Shown here one piece after another: positions 40,841 through 54,307 of a stretch of DNA of 64,000 nt. A model generated the notes under the pieces. That model searched no databases. It was not told where the DNA came from and saw only the letters and a list, made by a program, of their open reading frames with translations. The translations under genes and the position numbers were made by a program. Source of the stretch: Octopus vulgaris (taxonomy: Eukaryota); contig OX597830.1 in NCBI GenBank assembly GCA_951406725.2, positions 4,278,001 through 4,342,000 on the forward strand. Direction: 5' to 3'. How positions within the stretch are numbered: the stretch's first letter is position 1; every line of letters begins with the position of its first letter.

Positions 40841-41639
40841 GCCTGTCGATATTTGTAAATAACAGTATTGACATTAAATGCTATTGTACACTGTGGGTCA
40901 CTCTACCAATTTTGTTTTAATTGTACCATTGTTTTTCTATCTTGACCCAAACTGCTAGACTAAATCCTCTTGCCATCAACATGGAACCCTTCAAAATGGC
41001 CTTTTCTGATCTTTTGACTAGCACTTGGCAACGGCACCGGACCACTCGTGTTTATCAACCTTGCAATATGTCCAGCTCAGCAGAACTTGGACTCTTGGTT
41101 CTTTGTAATCACATCAATCACCCATATATATATACATACATACATACATGCACACACACACACACATAAATACATGCATGCATACATAAATACATACATA
41201 CATAGATACATACATGCATGTATGCATCAATCAATGAAATAAAATGGGAAAGTTTGCTCGTTAATTGTTTAGTACTTGAATAATTTATGGACGAAGTGTT
41301 TTGCTTTGTCTCTTCTGTTTTGCTTTGATTTCCCTAACTATGGAGACCAGTGAAAGGAAACTCGAATAATTATATACAAGTTCTGGTAACAGTCTTCTTT
41401 TTCCAGCTATAAAAAAATCACCTCAAGTTCTAAATATTAGCTTTATATATTTTGCAGTTTGAATTTAGATTAAAATTACACACATGCAGATATATATGTA
41501 TATATATGCACACATGCAGATATATATGTATATATACACACACACACATGTATTAGCAACAGGAGAAGCCTATGTAATAAAGTAACGAATATTAATTAGC
41601 ATATCTAACCCAAATTGGATGTGTTATCAGTAAAACCTT

Positions 41640-42027
41640 CATGTGTGCTGGATGTCCTGGAAAATTACGTTGATGACAAATGGTAGAAAGCACAGTTAAT
41701 ATTGGTTGATGATATTTCATTGGCACCGGCAAACGGCATTGCTGTGTCAGGTAATTTGACCATATCACACCATATTGACCATTTAACGATCATCATACTA
41801 CCACATGTTGTGTCATGACTCCAAGTTTTGTGCAAAGTTGATAGCACTACACTCATTATATGTGCATTTGATGGATTGAATTTCTTTTATCATATTCAAA
41901 TTAAATCCATAAATTGCACATCTGATGACTGCAGGACAATTAACCTCACACAAAATTCAGGACCTTGTTACACTCTTTTGTAATATGATCATTATTAATC
42001 TGTATTCCATATCCTCAATATCTCTGT
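41640..42027 (-). mobile_element. Possible decayed mariner 5' fragment
   Basis: Minus strand begins TA|cagagat; agtgctatcaactttgcacaaaacttgg resembles a frameshifted (QR)SAIxFCxKLG mariner N-terminus. Confidence 0.3.
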
Positions 42028-42269
42028 ATAGTTGAGGGTTCCTTGTTTTGTTTTGGTTTTTTGGCTAAGAACCATAATCAATCATGTGTGTGTGTGTGTA
42101 TATATACAGCTCTATGGACCAAAGGCATTGTTCAAGTGTGATAAATATAAATAAATATGTAAAAATCTACATATGCTTCATGTCTCATGTATTGAGTACT
42201 ACTTTGAAAGATGTCTACTTAACTTTACATCCATTAACAAAGAACCATTACACACACACACACATATGC

Positions 42270-42317
<48 letters not shown>

Positions 42318-43147
42318 CAAATGGGTTTTTGATAATCCAGCTTCTTTAGCTTCAGTGATGTTTCATAACAAACCAAGTGGAAAAGGAGATAATAGTTGTC
42401 AGCAGGTACTGTCATAAACTAAGACTTTTCCTATCACTATGTGTTGCTGTCACTGGTTTATATATTTATATTTTTACCAGTTCTTCTGATGGAGTTAACA
42501 ATATGATTTTAGTAGCAATAAATCAAGGATTACTTGAAATAGAGTCCGAGCAATGGAGAGATGCAGACAGACAGAGGGAGAAAGAGTGTGTTTATGGATG
42601 TATGAACATGCATGGCATGCCAATAATATCGCATACATCATTATTTGTACATGTGTATAAAAGATATGAATACACAAAGCACCTTAACCACTAGTCTATT
42701 TTTTAAGCACCTAGATAAAGCTTAGCTTTATTATGAGCTTCCCTGGCTTATCAAAGAGACAGTAGTTTCCAAATAGCATTGTTTGTAATGAGTTATGGCT
42801 ACTTGAGACTTGCTAATAAAGACACTTGATGTTATTTCTTTTGTATGTACTCTTGTGCCGGTGGCTTGGTTGCAAGCCTAATTCCATTGTTCATAATCAA
42901 CCTTATGGACAGTTTTATGTTCAATTCATATGAATTCTTTTATGGTGCTTTTTGTAGGGATGGTCTGTTATATCTTGCCAGGTGACAAATAGATATTTTG
43001 GAGAGCTCACTTAAGATCATTGTTGCACAACATCACAGCTTTCCTACTTTATTGGACACAAGTGAATGTCTAAGCTATATTTCATTTTTTATTATAATAA
43101 TTCATCCAAAAACGTTTCAACTCCATTTTCTTCATGAAGTATATTGC

Positions 43148-43350
43148 TGTTGTTGTTGTTGTTGTTCCTCTAGTCAGCTTGCTCTGAAATAAAGAGACAT
43201 ATCCTAACATACAATCCATTCATGACCCTCCTTTCTCATATACAGCTATAGTGTATCTTGTGTGTCCTTCCTAATTTCATGACAGTGAGTATGATTTGTG
43301 ACAGATTTGGCAGCTATTTCTAGCAAGTTAGTTATTCACATAGAAACTTC
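43148..43350 (-). mobile_element. SINE-like family D
   Basis: (gtt)n tail at left; agatttggcagctatttctagcaag motif shared with other D copies. Confidence 0.55.
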
Positions 43351-44599
43351 ATTTTAGGCCTATTCTAAATTACCTGATATATTACTTTTGTGTATAAACT
43401 TCAAAATTATTTTTCGTGCATTAAAATTAAGCTTCTGAAAATATTTTCTGATAATTAATTATTTATGTAAAATTTGATATTTTCTTTCAAAAAATATGAT
43501 AAATATTGCATATTCTCAAAATCATATTTTAGATAAGGGAATTATAAAGAAAAAGAAAAAAACAAAACCATGCTAATAGACTTTTCCTATTAGAAATTTA
43601 CCAAATGCGATCAAGCTAAACTTACAGCTAGATTATGAAGTGACATTAAAATGCATTTCCATTTAGGTGTATCATGATATAAGCTATGCAATAAGCAAGG
43701 CTTTGTATATACAGAAGCTCTTTGCCGACTAACGAACTACAAAATATACATCGTGCTATACACACACACACTCACACACACATGGCATATAATATACTTA
43801 CACAAAAGCACATATTTTTCATAATGTTACCTCACAGAGAATTAAATGTGACTTAATATAATTAATTTCACACATGAATATTACTTAACATTGACACATA
43901 CAGAAAGACGTAATATAACACATCTGCACATATAAACGTATGCTACATTATATATCCAATTATACATAAACACCACATAATATAACCACATATATATATA
44001 TACTTATGCACACACACACACACATGTATATATTATAAAGCAAGTCCTTCAGAAATTACCAAAATACATTTATCACATTCTTACTGGCATGTTGATAGTC
44101 AAATGAAATCACACAAACACATACAGAAACAAACACACACACACAAACACATACATACAAACATGCATGCATACATACATACAAACATACATACATACAT
44201 GCATACATACACACATATAAATACATACATTCATACATACGTACATACATACAGACAGATAACCAATATTGTAGCATTAAGGATAAAAACTGTTTGGTGG
44301 TGCTCCGAAACTCTGATCTAATTAGCTGCTATTTACAACACAGTGGAACTAGGTTCATTATTTTAGATTTGTAAATCTGACATCTATTTCTGCATCACAA
44401 ATCCAGTGGTCATGAAGGGTTTCAAGAGTGTAATGTGTGTGTATTATATGTGTACATATGTGTGCTTGTATGTTTATTTTATAGGTATATACACTTTATT
44501 TGTAGGTTAACAAGGCAACCAATGGTTGCATGTGAAAATATCTTCACAGTTGTTTAAACATGCCACATGGAAGTATTGGTACTCACCAGAAGTAACAGC

Positions 44600-44986
44600 A
44601 TTTGCAAGTGGCATGCTTGAGCAATTGTGAAAATGGCACCTAACACAAGTATCTTCTATTATCCTATCCTTGAGAAAGGATTTGGGAGACAGAAGCTGAA
44701 AGAGCCTCATCATATCTATCTACGTGTGTGTGTGTGTGCACATGAGTGAGTGTTGTGTATGTTTCTGCTTGTCCTCTGATCTCATGTCACATGTGAAGAT
44801 GCATCTCTATGATGTCAGCGATATCATTGATCTCCTTTGGTGAGAAACATGTCTGGCGAAGGGGAAATATCACCTTGCTTGGAAACAGCTGAGGGTTTGG
44901 TGACAGGATGAGCATGAAGCCTAAAGAATCTGCATCAACAAACTCTGTCAGACCAATCCAAGCAGAGGAAAGCTGCCTTCAAAAGA
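44600..44986 (+). mobile_element. SINE family A2, diverged
   Basis: Family A head, (TG)n, then catgtctggc..ggggaaatatcaccttgcttggaaacag.tgagggtttggtgacagga. Confidence 0.6.
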
Positions 44987-45418
44987 ATCATCATCATCGT
45001 TTAACGTCCGCTTTCCGTGCTAGCATGGGTTGGGTGGTTTGACTGAGGGCTGGTGAATCAGATTGCTGCACCAGGCTCCAATCTTGATCTGGCAGAGTTT
45101 CTACTGCTGGATGCCCTTCCTAATGCCGACCACACCGAGAGTGTAGTGGGTGCTTTTACATGCCACCGGCATGGGGGCCAGTCAGGTGGTGCTGGCAACG
45201 ACCTCGCTCAAATCTTTTTACACATGCCACTGGCACAGGTGCCAGTAAGACGATACTAGTAACGATCCTGCTCGGATGGTGCCTCTTACATGCCACCGGC
45301 ATGGAAGCCAGTTAGCCGCTCTGGCAACAATCATGTTTGGATGGTGCTCTTAGCACCCTACTAGCACAGGGCACAAGTGCCAGTAAGGCGACACTGGTAA
45401 TGATCACACTCAAATGAT
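44987..45418 (-). mobile_element. Family E, longest copy, with four internal tandem ~60-70-nt units
   Basis: Conserved E body at 44987-45155, then repeated ttacatgccac.ggca....gccagt.........ctgg.aacga units. Confidence 0.85.
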
Positions 45419-45909
45419 GTTAATACTAATTAATTAATTATTTTACTTAATCCCTTAAAACTGTTGATTTGTCTTCTATGTAATTTCAAGAACATAAATA
45501 GTGTGATACATTTAGTCATGAGAGAGTTAAGTAAAAGAAGCGATAAGACACATCAGGAATAACATTTTTATTGATGATTAAATCACCTGTGATTGGGAAA
45601 AATTGATAAAATATATCATAGACAACTGAGAGATAATGTCCATCTGAATAACGATTATGGAATTGATAAGAAAATGTTAAAACCAAAGAAAATCAGTTAA
45701 GTGGTGTTTTTGGAACTAAATATTCTTTCTTAGAAAAATTCTATGCTGTAGAAGAACACTCGTAACCGATTGAAGCCAGCGTTTCTATTCGTGTATTTAC
45801 AAACTTACATAAAAGAACGCGTGAACTCAAATAATTTTTTATACACACACACACACACATGCACACACACACACTTTCCCAATTTATTGTTAAGTAAGAG
45901 TTATACAAA

Positions 45910-46032
45910 TCAGGCACATGAATGGCTGGGTGGTAAGAAATTTGCTTCTCAATCATATGATTCCAGGTTCAGCCCCAGTGCATAGCACCTTGGGCAAATA
46001 TCTTCTACTATAGCCTCAAGCTGACCAAACCA
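45910..46032 (+). mobile_element. SINE family A head
   Basis: tggctgggtggtaag...aggttcagcccc...caccttgggcaaatatcttctactatagcctc. Confidence 0.75.
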
Positions 46033-46038
46033 GTGTAC

Positions 46039-46089
<51 letters not shown>

Positions 46090-46156
46090 CATATATAATG
46101 GGCGTCCTTCAGTTTCCATCTACAAAATCCAGTGTATATATATATATATATATATA

Positions 46157-46321
46157 CGTTAAAGCAGCAGAAAATTCAACAAAACCTGTTACTTTGAACA
46201 TGAAACTCAGAGTAACAGGTTTTGTTGAATTTTCTGCTGCTTTTGAATAAAGCATATTACTCTACCACTCGTATTTGAGTACTCTATTTTCCACCTTGTT
46301 TCACATTTATGTGTTTACTCC

Positions 46322-46323
<2 letters not shown>
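46157..46323. repeat. Short element between (TA)n tracts containing a perfect 33-bp inverted repeat
   Basis: 46161-46193 aaagcagcagaaaattcaacaaaacctgttact is the exact reverse complement of 46211-46243; AATAAA at 46246. Confidence 0.9.
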
Positions 46324-46363
<40 letters not shown>

Positions 46364-46449
46364 CAAGTACATATATTATATATACACACAAGCACACACA
46401 TATACATATGAATACATATACTCATGTACAAATACATACATTTACATAG

Positions 46450-46522
<73 letters not shown>

Positions 46523-47154
46523 CAACAACAATAGCAATAAGGATTATTATGAAGTAGCATAGCATTACCTTTAATTTTTTTAATTTATATACAGCTTTTT
46601 TTTACTATTTACAAATATATGTATATATATTTACACACACACATTATATATATATATACCCACAGATGTGTTTCCATGAATGCATACCACCACTCATATG
46701 TGCTTGTGTATATGCATGTATTTACAGCCAAGCCAAACCCACATCTATGTATGCAGTTCATGTGCCTTTACATGTACCGATACATCCACACCACACATAT
46801 ACAAATATATACATCCATACATTCACATGTATGCATAACGCCCCCATGTATTTACATGTGTACATACGCCCACACACACATGTATGTGTGTTTTCATGTG
46901 TTCTGCTAAATATGAAAGGCTGAAAAGTATGTTGAGTGTTTTTTTTCTTCTCTTTTTGTGAGTTTGCTATTTCCTGTTATCAGAAAAGATTTAACAAATA
47001 AATATAGAGAATGTTTCACAATATTTAAAAATTTTTTTGAATCATAAATGCAATTTTGTAATGTAGATGTATTTAAAAGAAGATTTTATTTGCTCAATCA
47101 CATCATCTTCAAATAGCTAACCGTCTCGATAGTTTTAGATTTGATTTTATCGTT

Positions 47155-47438
47155 GATAGAAAGATAGATAGAAAGAAAATAAATGGAAAGATAGAGGGAT
47201 GGATAGATAGATAGATAGATAGATAGATAAATAAAGTGAGAGAGAGAGAGAGAGAGACAGTTGGAGAAAGTGAGAGAGAGATAGAGAGAGATTGGCAGAC
47301 AGGTACATAGATAGCAACAGAGATAGGTAGATAGATAGATAGACGAACAGACAGGTTGGTAACTAGGTAGATAAAAAGATAAACAGGTAGATAAACAAAT
47401 AGATAGGTACACAGATAACTAGATAGATAGATAGATAA

Positions 47439-47500
<62 letters not shown>

Positions 47501-47612
47501 TGATTGATTGATAGATAGACAGACAGATAGACAGGCAGACAGACAGACAGACAGACAGATAGATAAATAAATAAGCAGATAGATAGATAGATAGATTGAT
47601 ATAGATAGACTG
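47155..47612. repeat. (GATA)n/(GACA)n/(GA)n compound microsatellite
   Basis: Seen directly. Confidence 0.9.
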
Positions 47613-47614
47613 AC

Positions 47615-47819
47615 TGTGCCGGTGGCACGTAAAAAGCTCCCACTACACACACAGAGTGGTTGGGGTCAGGAAGGGCATCCAGCTCTAGAAACACTGCCAG
47701 ATCACACTGGAGCCTGGTGCAGCATCCTGGCTTCCCAGACCTCAGTCGAACCATCCAACCCATGCTAGCATGGAAAAACGGACGTTAAACGATGATGACG
47801 ATGATGATGATGATGATGA
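47615..47819 (+). mobile_element. Family E copy with (GAT)n tail
   Basis: gtgccggtggcacgtaaaaagc...ggtcaggaagggcatccagct...catgctagcatggaaaaacggacgttaaacgatgatg. Confidence 0.85.
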
Positions 47820-48277
47820 GTGATAGAGAAAAAGAGATTCTAACACTTAAACCATTTTTTAATTGAAACCTAAATTCTCGAATTTTGTTTCATTATTTCA
47901 ACTCTAAAACCTTTGTTAATGAAAGAACCCTGTCTCTTCTGCCACAAAATTCTTGTTCAGCAAAGAGAAAATAAGTGACACCTCGTTAAAATGTATGTGT
48001 TTAATATTTGCATAATTATTCACTTTGATCTGCTGAGCACCAGCTTATGTATTCATGGAAGTTTCAATGCAAATTTATCAAGACTAACACATTACAAAGA
48101 AATTTGTTTTTATAGAGGGATGTTTGCTTAGTTGCAGCACATGTTTGTTTACTAAAGTTTGTACAGATGTCTTAATTTAGACACCTCAATGTATGTGTGT
48201 GTGTGTGTGTGTTTGTCTGTATGTGTGTCTATATGTAAATTTATATATATAAATATGTATATATGTAAATATATATG

Positions 48278-48311
<34 letters not shown>

Positions 48312-48352
48312 TATAAAAAATTGTATATGTAAATATGTACATGTTTGTATCA

Positions 48353-48399
<47 letters not shown>

Positions 48400-50932
48400 T
48401 GTGTATTTATATGTAAATATATATATATATATATATATGTGTGCATGTATGTATGTATATATATATATATATATATATATACACCTACATGTAGTCAAGC
48501 TTCTGGTGATGTAGGTTGCAGCTCATAATGTTTATATGAGCATATATTTTTTTTATGTTTATTGTAGTCTGGCTGTAACTCTATTCCTTAACTGACATGA
48601 TTATAAATTGATGTAAATTTTTACATGTATAAACATTTCATATATGCCATATTGGAATTATAGAAATGTTTTCAGAGTGCCAGCTTGGAAATCTCCTTCA
48701 ACATTTTCACATTATTTTTGTTTGTTTTTCTTGCACTGTTAATGTTACATTCATTTTATTTTATTTTATTTTATTTTAAGCTTACAGTTTTTGAAAAAGA
48801 CTTTTAAGATGAATTTCTGAATGAAGAGTCAGTACATTTCTCTATGACTCCAAGCCCTGTGGCTTTTAGAGGAGAAAAATATTCTGAAATTTATACACGT
48901 GTGTGTGTGTGTGTGTGTGTATGCATGCATATGTATATATAAAACAGCTGTTTATGTTTCGTACTACTTTCTGGTCCATTAAGCAAAGTGAACAGATTAT
49001 TCATATGAAATCCATCTCACCTTCTACTTTTTTTAATCACAAGAAGGAACATATATTTTTGTTTTATTTTTGTAACCACGTGATATTTTTTTCTTTTTTT
49101 TATCTCTTCCCAGTGACTTTCGTATAAGAGTTCCAAAATCTTGTTAGAATCATCTAAACACAAGGTGGAAAACTCTACATCGTCTTTCTTCTTCTTCCTT
49201 CCTTCCTTCCTTCCTTCCTTCCTTCTTTCCTTCCTTCCTCCCTCCCTCCCTCCTCTTCCTTCTGTTTTCACAGCTGTTCTCTATTGTCAACACCCTGGCT
49301 GTGCATTACAGGAACTGGAGTTAAAATACTACGAAAGTTTCAGTTCGTAGTACTGGAATCTCTTTCACTGCAGCATCTTTCAACAGACAGAGCAGACGAG
49401 AGTGCCGTGCCCGCCGTTGTTTCTTGCTTACAGTGAAACCATAAACACTCAACTGGCAGACTTGTATCATTGTTTGAAATATCTTGATTGGCAATTAACT
49501 TTGACAGCTGGCCAGTCTGGAAAATTATTACAATTGAAATTAATGTGATAAATAAGATACATTATCATGAGATATTCTTTTCATTTCTAATTGTTTTTAA
49601 TCGCCAACATAATGATTGGAATCACAGTGAGGGAATTAGTGCAAATACTATAGTACTAATGGAGACGGTTAGTGATATGTTTGTGTGTGTTAGGTGTGTG
49701 TGACTGTATAGATATAGATATATAATATTATATAAAATAAAGCAAGAGTGTGGGTGGACTTTGGCTTTCATGACTGTTTTCTTTGCTGGTATGGGTTAGA
49801 TGAATACACTATTGGAGAATTAATTTGTTTTGCAGCCAGATGCCTTCCCTGTCCTGAATACTTACCAGTTTTTCTTTTTTTTTATTTTAAGCAGACTTTG
49901 TTTTATTCCACGTGTCTTCAAAGGCACAAAACCAGCAGTGGATTTGTTGACAAGGGAAATGACAATAACATCACCATTTGTACAGGGTGGTCACTAGAAA
50001 AGTGGACAATTTGAAGGCAAAACTAACAAGCATTAATTAGATCATCAATAAATGGTGTGAAAGGTGGTTTCTGATTCATTGTTTCTGTTATCGAATGAGA
50101 GTGTAATCATAACATTTGCTTTTGAGTGAACCCCACCCCCCGAATCATTGAAAAAAGCTGTGCAAGGAAGAAACAGATATCAGGATTATTGTTTACCTCA
50201 AATTGATCTTGTGAAAATATAAATTAGCATTTCACAAATTTTCAGCTATTTCTAGCGACCACCCTGTCGGTTAGCAATTCATGGAAAACTGTAAATATAA
50301 AGAAATGTACACATGCACATCCAGCCATATAACTGTCTACCTGTCTGTCTACTTATCTACTTGTCTGTCTGTCTGTCTACCTAAATACCTGTCCGTCTTC
50401 CATCTGTCCATCTAGTTAGCTTCTCTATTCCTCCATTCATATCCATCCATCCACCTATATCTATTTAAGTTGATTTCCCATGTTTGTTTCTATGAGTTTC
50501 ATTAGATCATGGATCAGTTTTGTGCTTGGAAGAATAAAAAGTAAAGTGAATTAAATTCAATTATTCTACTGTCATTTCAATCGATTATCTTCACACACGC
50601 ACACACACCTGCATCTCTTTCAAAATGTCTTTGAAATCATTGTAGAAGTTATTAGACTGACTCTTCAATGTGTAGATAAAATAAACATAATTTTAAAATA
50701 GATTTTATTAATTCGATAAGGTGTCTCCAAAGAGTATCATCTGTTCTAACATAGCAACTCAAAGGCAGAGCAGGAAATTCTAGACTTATGTTTCAAGTAA
50801 CTCTTTAAAAAGATAATTTTCTTTGATCTTCCTGGCTGCATGAAGTATTTAGAATACCAAGTTCTAAGAAAAATACGCCTTCAAAATACGTCAATTATTT
50901 TCATTGTTTTAATACACTCGAAAATTATTTAA

Positions 50933-51035
50933 ATCATCATCATCATCATCATCTGTTAACGTCCACTTTCCATGCTGGCATGGGTTGGACGGCTTGACTG
51001 AGGACTGGCAAGCCAGGAGGCTGCACCAGTCTTCA
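50933..51035 (-). mobile_element. Family E 3' fragment
   Basis: (cat)n...gttaacgtccactttccatgctggcatgggttggacgg. Confidence 0.75.
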
Positions 51036-51231
51036 ATATTTACTTATCAGATATTATTGGGAAACAAAAATATTAGCCAAATCCATGCCTCTTTCTCAGT
51101 TAAAACTTGGCTTCACCCTTTTTTTTTACCACATTTCTTTTGAAATACACTGTTTTTGTTTCAATTAATTTTGAAAACCGTGAAGAATTTTGTTAAAAAA
51201 GAAAGCTTTGTCATTATTAATTCAGTTTCTG

Positions 51232-51452
51232 AAGGCAGCGAGTTGGCAGAATCATTAGCATGCTGGACCAAATGCTCAGTGGTATTTTGCCCATTGCTAC
51301 ATTGAGTTCAAATTCCGTTGAGGCCGACTTTGCCTTTCATCCTTTCAGGATCAATAAATTAAGTACCAGTTGAGTACTGAAGTTGACATACTCGACTCAA
51401 TACCTCCCCCAAAATTTCAGGCCTTTTATCGATAGTAGAAATGAATATTTAT
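51232..51452 (+). mobile_element. SINE family B, full length
   Basis: A-box-like TGGCAGAATC, B box GTTCAAATTC, central gactttgcctttcatcctttcaggatcaataaattaagtaccag. Confidence 0.85.
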
Positions 51453-51469
51453 TCAGTTTCTGGAATAAA

Positions 51470-51660
51470 TTTGTTTCAACTGTAGGCACAAATTCTGAAA
51501 CCTTATCAACTAAATCAACGCAAGCATTCAACTCGTACTTATTTTCTTGACCTTGAGAGGATGAAAAGCAAAGATGACCTCAGCAGAATTTGAACTCAGA
51601 TCATCAAGTTGGAAAGCATTTTGTCTGGTATGCTCATGATTCTGCCAGCCTGCCACCTTG
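51470..51660 (-). mobile_element. SINE family B, inverted tail-to-tail with the preceding copy
   Basis: ggatgaaaagcaaag..gacctcagcagaatttgaactcag...gattctgccagcctgccacctt. Confidence 0.8.
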
Positions 51661-53249
51661 CTTAAAACATAAATTTACATAAAATTTGGATTCATTTAAA
51701 AACAAAATGTTTGAATTATAGATCTAAGGATAGAAAGAGTTTATTTAAGCAATATTCAACTTTGACCTGTTTTGTGAAACTAGAAGTCTTGCTAAGCAAT
51801 CAAAAACAGTTTAAATATCTCAAATGGAATTATATAGATTTCTTTCACTACATCCTTCATCTAACTACAACAACACTTAGTAAATTTACTTTTCTTTCAT
51901 ACAAACGTAATTTTTCAAGGAACCTAATTCAAAATATTCAACGTTGAAATAGTTTTATTGGTGTTAAGAGCTTAAAGCCTGCCACTCTTTACTGTTTATA
52001 GCAAATATACACATTTATTCAGTTTTGTTTCTCTTTATCATTGCAAAGTTCACAGTTATATTTATGCTTCAGAAATCAAACCAAAAATCAATTTCTTAAA
52101 AAAACGTCTTCCTGAAAATTCTATTCTACTGCCGGTTCTCTCTGCTAATTTCAACAAAATATCTTGGAATTATATAAAAATACTTCAAACATTAATATTT
52201 TTCTGCATATGTAACTGTTTGGTAAAATTGTTATGTAACTTAATATTAGCCATTCTTATCTGGAGGATGTTTCTTGCAGTGTACACCATTATCAGCAGCA
52301 CATTTCAATGTTTGTAATTTATTCAATTGTTGTGAAATTACAACAAGGAGTGGTTACTATTATTAAGAGATAGATTTCTTTTGTCCAAACAAGCACAGTT
52401 TAATTTATAGATATTTTCTATAAAGTTCAACTTTCTGGAATGCTACACAGAACTGTATTTAACTGTATTGTTACTATTTTTACTAACATCTATTTCTTAC
52501 TCTGTTTTATTGCAGTAATTATTTGTTTCATAACTTCTTTTCAATACAAAGTTAACTTCTGATAATAATATTTAGTAATTTCTCTCATAACAATATGTTT
52601 TATGTAATCTTTCAAACCAATATATTTTTACTTCACAATTCTTTATACTAAGTTTAAACTATTCTGAGAGAACATCTGCACTATTTTGCCTTCGTTCATT
52701 CAGTTTTGTGTCACCAAACATTAACCAACAAATACTGTAGCTTTCCTTGCTTACATAATTTATTCTCCTTCTATGACAACCACAATGCAGCCATTTCCCT
52801 CATACACAGCAGCTGGTTCCCCTAAATCCTATTTATTTTCTCTTAAAACACACAATCAACTATCGTGGCAATCTAATTAGTACATATTCAACTTCCATTC
52901 TAATTCCTCAAGATCCTAATGGCTGGTTTATTTCCAATATATTTCTACACTTGTTGGTGCTGAAGCCATTTTTGTGTGCAAAAACCTCCTTGTCTGATGT
53001 ATTGTATGAAATCTAATGGCACATGACACAACTAAAAGTAGAAGATTATCAGAAGGCTAAAAAAAAAAGGATTGAAATTGCTTTTTGCCTGTTTTGGTTA
53101 TGAGCAGAAATGTAAAGGTAGAGGTGAGTTCACATTGGTTATAAATATGCCTGCAAGACTGAATATCAAAGCTTGCCTAGATGAGAATATTAAAATGAAG
53201 CAAAAACATATATGTTTGCAATGGGGATGTGGTTGCAAGGAAGCTTTGA

Positions 53250-53258
53250 CATAATAAC

Positions 53259-53302
<44 letters not shown>

Positions 53303-53511
53303 TAATAATAATAACAATAATAATAATGGTTGAAAATTTTGGCACAAAGTCTCCAATTTTAAGGGAAGGATTACATTGATATCATACACCCCAGTACATG
53401 ACTGGTACTTATTTTAGCAGCTCTGTGAAAATGAAAAACAAAGTCAACCTCAGAGGCATTTGATACAGCAAAGTATTTTGTCCAGCATGCTCATGATTCT
53501 GCCAGCTTGCT

Positions 53512-53554
<43 letters not shown>

Positions 53555-53819
53555 TAATAGCTTTATAGTTTGACACAAGGCCAGTAATTTCATGGGAAGT
53601 GAGGGGTAAGTCAATTACATCAACCCTAGTACCCAACTGGTACTTTGTTTTATTGACTCAGAAAGAATGGAAAATAAAACTGACCTTGGCAGAATTTGAA
53701 CTCACAATGTAAAGGCAGCTGAAACACAGCTAAGTATTTTTCCCAGTATGTTAACAATTCTGTCAGCTCTCCACCTCATCATCTTAATAATAATAATGAT
53801 AATAATAATAATAATAATG

Positions 53820-53855
<36 letters not shown>

Positions 53856-54045
53856 GTAGTAGTAGTCCTTTCTACTATAAACACAAGGTCTGAAATTTTG
53901 TGGGAGGGATTAAGTTGATTACTGATATTTTATTTATTGACCCTGAAAGGATGAAATGCAAAGTTGACCTCAGTGGAATTTGAACTCAGAACATAATGCC
54001 TGAAGAAATGCTGCTAAGCATTTTGTCTGCGATGCTAACAATTTT
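53250..54045 (-). mobile_element. Three head-to-tail family B SINEs separated by (AAT)n tracts
   Basis: Copies at ~53325-53515, ~53560-53785 and ~53866-54045, each preceded on the plus strand by (AAT)n. Confidence 0.8.
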
Positions 54046-54307
54046 ATTGTGTAGAAAGGAAGATGGGGCGAAAAACAACAAAGAAATCTATAAGGAAAAA
54101 GTAAATATGACACCCTATATTCTGCAAATGCTGTATTCCCTTTCAGGAAGCAGTATGGTTCCTTGTTATCATAAAAACATCCCTACAGTTTTTGAAATTT
54201 ACATATTTTCTCATTCCTACTTCTTGAAACTCGATTATTTCTTTAAAGGGTCACAAACAGGCTGGTCCTTTTCCTTGTGTTTTGTTAGTTTACAGAATTA
54301 CATCACT

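Noticed and set aside
45150-45418. Repeat-plus-variable-segment pattern resembling a CRISPR array
   Set aside because: Units are degenerate, lie inside a eukaryotic retroposon, have short related variable parts, and no cas genes are present
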